Shown: positions 60,948-64,000 of the stretch, in pieces
How the letters are laid out: each line of letters opens with the position of its first letter
Position numbering within the stretch: the first letter of the stretch is position 1
NCBI GenBank assembly: GCA_044070495.1
Contig: JBIPSI010000002.1
Location: forward strand, 192,001-256,000
Source: Spirulina sp.
GTDB taxonomy: Bacteria; Cyanobacteriota; Cyanobacteriia; Phormidesmidales; Phormidesmidaceae
Direction of reading: 5' to 3'
Length of the DNA: 64,000 nt
The notes under the pieces: generated by a model
The model's input: only the letters and a program-made list of their open reading frames with translations
Database searches by the model: none
What the model was told of the DNA's origin: nothing
Translations under genes and position numbers: made by a program

Positions 60948-62072
60948 ATGAAAGCCTTTCGTACAACCGCTTTTTTAACCGCCTCCGTCGCCTGGATGGG
61001 AGCTTCCTGTATGGTGCCCATCAGTTTGGATGAGCAAGATGCCCTCGTCGGCACCGTCTGGGAACTTCAGCAAATCCAGATGAACGACGGCACCCAGTTT
61101 GTGGCCGATCCGCCGCAAAACTATACCGTTGAGTTCTCGGAGGCGGGAGAAGTCTTTATTCAGGCCGACTGTAACCGCGCCGCCGGGGCCTTCACCCTAG
61201 AAGATGGCATGTTGTCCATCACCCTTGGCCCCACCACCACCGCCGCCTGCCCCGATGGCTCTATTGATACCCAATTTTTGAGCAGCCTGAGCAACGCCAA
61301 CCTGGTCTTCTTCCAGGGCGACGACATGTTCATCGACCTCGCCTTCGACAGTGGCACCATGCAGTTCTCTCCCGCCGAAACCATGACCCTGACAGGCCGC
61401 GTCTGGGAACTCCAGGACATTCAGTTCAATGATGGCAAACTCCTCGTAGCCGAGCCGCCAGAGAACTACACTGTGGAATTTATGGACGATGGCTCCATGG
61501 CCGTACGGGCCGACTGTAACCGGGGCCGGGGCAGTTTCACCACCGAAACCGATGGCCGCATTACCATTGATCCCATTGCCACCACCCTAGCCGCCTGTCC
61601 CGAAGGCTCCCTGGGCAACGACTTTACCCAAGCCCTCAGCAGCGCTGCCATCTATTTCTTCCAAGATGATCAACTCTTTATTGATCTGAAATTTGGTAGC
61701 GGTACCATGCGCCTCAGTGAAGCAGCTACCCCATCACTGATGGGCACCGTCTGGAAACTTCAGCAAATTCAGTACAACGACGACACCCTGATCGTCCCCA
61801 GCACCCCCGACAACTACACCATCGAATTTATGGACGGGGGCAGCGTGGTGGTGCAAGCCGACTGCAACCAAGGCCGAGGGAGCTTTACCACCACCGATAA
61901 CCGCCTCAGCATTGGCGAACTGGCCACCACCCGCATGGCCTGTCCTCCGGGTTCCTCCGATGCCGAGTTTCTGCGGGCCTTGGACAATGCCAGCAGCTTC
62001 TTCTTCCAGGATGGCCAACTGATTGTTGAACTGATGTACGACAGCGGCAGCATGGTGTTTTCTGCCCGCTAA
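60948..62072 (+). CDS. Triple META-domain (HslJ-like) protein, probable lipoprotein
   Basis: Signal peptide ending GASC; three repeats of VWxLQxIQ...ADCN...TxxACP; start taken at MKAFRT. Confidence 0.85.
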   Translation: MKAFRTTAFLTASVAWMGASCMVPISLDEQDALVGTVWELQQIQMNDGTQFVADPPQNYTVEFSEAGEVFIQADCNRAAGAFTLEDGMLSITLGPTTTAACPDGSIDTQFLSSLSNANLVFFQGDDMFIDLAFDSGTMQFSPAETMTLTGRVWELQDIQFNDGKLLVAEPPENYTVEFMDDGSMAVRADCNRGRGSFTTETDGRITIDPIATTLAACPEGSLGNDFTQALSSAAIYFFQDDQLFIDLKFGSGTMRLSEAATPSLMGTVWKLQQIQYNDDTLIVPSTPDNYTIEFMDGGSVVVQADCNQGRGSFTTTDNRLSIGELATTRMACPPGSSDAEFLRALDNASSFFFQDGQLIVELMYDSGSMVFSAR

Positions 62073-62098
62073 GCACGGAGTTTAACTGCCCTTGCCTC

Positions 62099-62138
62099 CC
62101 AAAGCCCCTAGCGTTTTCCCAAGACCTAGGGGCTTTGG
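62099..62138. terminator. 13-bp stem hairpin after the META gene
   Basis: CCAAAGCCCCTAG / CTAGGGGCTTTGG; no clear U tract. Confidence 0.5.
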
Positions 62139-62383
62139 AGTATTGAAAATATAGCGGATTTCACTTGGGTGAAGTACATGGCGATCATCCCCCCTTGCCC
62201 CCTTTACAGAGTGAGGCTTATCGCTTACGCCCCTCACTGTCGGGGCCATCGGTCATTATGGAACGCCACTCAGGCCAAACCCACCATTTTCTTAGGTTGT
62301 TCTCAGCTTTGCACGGGGCTGAGGCCCGATGATGGGGCCATGGGCCGCCCTAGCTGCTCACCGCAATCCTCTTCCAGAGTGCC

Positions 62384-63121
62384 ATGATGAAACGATATAC
62401 AGGGGTTTTCCCGAAAGGATCAAAACCGATGGTGTGGTTGGGTTTGAGTAGTATGGCGTGGATGTTGACGATGGCCCCAGCCTTGGCCCAAGGTGGCGGC
62501 GGCTTCAGCCCCCAGGATTGGCTGCTGAGTGCCCTAGGCTGGATTGATGGCCTGGGGGTGGTGGGCGGATTAGCTTTTATCGCCATTTATATTGTGGCCA
62601 CGGTTGCCTTTTTGCCCGGTTCGATTCTCACCCTAGGGGCTGGAGTCGTTTTTGGCGTGGGGCTGGGGTCGATCTACGTATTTGTGGGGGCCACCCTGGG
62701 GGCTATCGCTGCCTTTTTGGTGGGGCGCTACCTGGCCCGCGACTGGGTGAGCCGTAAAATTGAGGGCAACGCCAGCTTCAGCGCCATTGACCAAGCCGTG
62801 GCCGAGGAAGGCTTCAAAATTGTGTTGCTCACCCGCCTTTCTCCGGTGTTTCCTTTTAACCTGCTGAACTACGCCTTTGGCCTCACGGGGGTCTCCCTCA
62901 GAAACTACGCCCTCGGCTCGGTGGGGATGATTCCCGGCACCATTCTGTACGTCTACATTGGTTCCCTGGCGGGCGATCTGGCCCGTTTGGGCACCGAAAG
63001 CCCCAGTACTAATCCAGCGGCGCAGTGGGCGATTCGGATTATTGGTTTTGCTGCCACCGTGGCGGTAACGGTATATGTCACGCGGGTGGCCCGTCAGGCG
63101 TTGGATGCCAAGGTAAGTTAG
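62384..63121 (+). CDS. TVP38/TMEM64 (DedA superfamily) membrane protein
   Basis: FLPGSILTLGAG, LTRLSPVFPFNLLNY and GMIPGT; start may be later. Confidence 0.9.
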   Translation: MMKRYTGVFPKGSKPMVWLGLSSMAWMLTMAPALAQGGGGFSPQDWLLSALGWIDGLGVVGGLAFIAIYIVATVAFLPGSILTLGAGVVFGVGLGSIYVFVGATLGAIAAFLVGRYLARDWVSRKIEGNASFSAIDQAVAEEGFKIVLLTRLSPVFPFNLLNYAFGLTGVSLRNYALGSVGMIPGTILYVYIGSLAGDLARLGTESPSTNPAAQWAIRIIGFAATVAVTVYVTRVARQALDAKVS

Positions 63122-63219
63122 GGTATGGCCATGCTCACCCAAGCCACCATTCAGCAAATCGCCAGCCGTATGGGTAGGTGCTGACTATCAAACAAGGCCG
63201 CTGCCATGGAGTTAATGTT

Positions 63220-63522
63220 ATGAGCAAACCCCTCACGCTCTCCATCTCCTTCGATTTGCTCCTGCAAATGATCGCTCAACTTGACCCTGATGACAGGCAA
63301 CGCCTGCGAGCATTACTTGATGATGTCAATCCACCCGTTGACTTACCAAGCCTGCCCTCACCTCCTGTTCCGAATTCGACCGCATTTCACCGGGCGATAG
63401 AAGCCGCTAGTCTCGTTAAATCGGTGCCCACCTCTATGGGGGGCACACCTCAGAACAGTTTTCAGCCTATTTCTGTTCAAGGTGAAGCCGTCTCTAAAAC
63501 TATTTTGGATGATCGTCGCTAG
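63220..63522 (+). CDS. Putative VapB-type antitoxin
   Basis: C-terminal PISVQGEAVSKTILDDRR; its TAG directly abuts the ATG of the PIN gene. Confidence 0.65.
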   Translation: MSKPLTLSISFDLLLQMIAQLDPDDRQRLRALLDDVNPPVDLPSLPSPPVPNSTAFHRAIEAASLVKSVPTSMGGTPQNSFQPISVQGEAVSKTILDDRR

Positions 63523-63790
63523 ATGACCGTTTATTTCCTCGACAGTAGCGCCTTGGTTAAGCGTTATATCCGTGAAAGGGGGTCAGTCTGGGTCTTAAGT
63601 CTGTTTTCATCGGAGGCAGGCCATGATTGTTTTATAGCCGCCATCACAGGGGTTGAAATCATTGCTGCCATTACAAGACGTCCCGTAGCGGCAGCATGAA
63701 AGCTAACGATGCAGCCGTAGCTTGTGAACAACTCAAGCAAGACTTTCAATCAGCCTATCAAATCGTCGAGATTACCCCGGAGATCATTCT
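63523..63790 (+). pseudogene. VapC/PIN toxin pseudogene (frameshifted and truncated)
   Basis: Reads MTVYFLDSSALVKRY...EIIAAITRR, shifts frame near 63680 (stop at 63697-63699), continues as ...DFQSAYQIVEIT in another frame, then breaks off. Confidence 0.8.
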
Positions 63791-64000
63791 ATCGCCCTCG
63801 CGCAGTTGGCGAATAATATCTATGGAACTCGGTTGGATGCCTGTAGTTTGTTCAACTTCAGCACTACGGGCAACAATGCGCTGGTGGGCCGCCCAGGCTT
63901 GTCGTTGCTTTACTTCGCGGGTGATGGCCTCAACGACCAACCAGGGCTGGAGTTCAGGGGCATAGCCATAGAAGTTGGATGTGAGGCTACTGCCGCAGGC
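63758..64000 (-). CDS. 3' end of an ORF entering from beyond the window, with an antitoxin-like C-terminal segment
   Basis: Frame is open from 64000: ACGSSLTSNFYGYAPELQPWLVVEAITREVKQRQAWAAHQRI...QPSSIDIIRQLREG...*. Confidence 0.45.
   Translation of the reverse strand, partial: ACGSSLTSNFYGYAPELQPWLVVEAITREVKQRQAWAAHQRIVARSAEVEQTTGIQPSSIDIIRQLREGDRMISGVISTI

Noticed and set aside
1..64000. tRNA, rRNA, integrase or prophage genes
   Set aside because: No T-arm/cloverleaf, rRNA or phage hallmark sequences were seen by eye.

Overview
This is a 64-kb, GC-rich chromosomal segment from a cyanobacterium. The gene set (opcA-zwf, devBCA, an OCP N-terminal-domain protein, Uma2, STRR/REP-type repeats) suggests a filamentous Leptolyngbya/Nodosilinea-like organism; this is an inference. 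Most of the roughly 58 genes are housekeeping: an EPS-related Wzc-like gene plus GH9, comEC, ybaB, nanE, photolyase, hisZ, murE, ddl, a DEAD-box helicase, devB-C-C-A, tatA, mobA, trmB and zwf-opcA. I found no rRNA, tRNA, CRISPR array, intact transposase or prophage, and no complete novel multi-gene defence or mobile system. The most unusual signals are: (1) by manual reading, the cyanobacterial HIP1 octamer GCGATCGC is absent and CGATCG and GGCGCC look avoided; (2) a candidate nitrogen-scavenging locus of DUF1028, xdhC, a 2,2-dialkylglycine decarboxylase-like enzyme and a cupin, with an NtcA-like box; (3) two facing, mutually complementary heptamer arrays between trmB and mobA; (4) two MITEs with shared 16-bp TIRs, TWA target duplications and unrelated interiors; (5) a histidine kinase whose phospho-accepting His is replaced by Gln; (6) a structured helicase leader that could hide the SD sequence; (7) decayed toxin-antitoxin remnants. 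All product calls come from motif recognition by eye; no searches were run.
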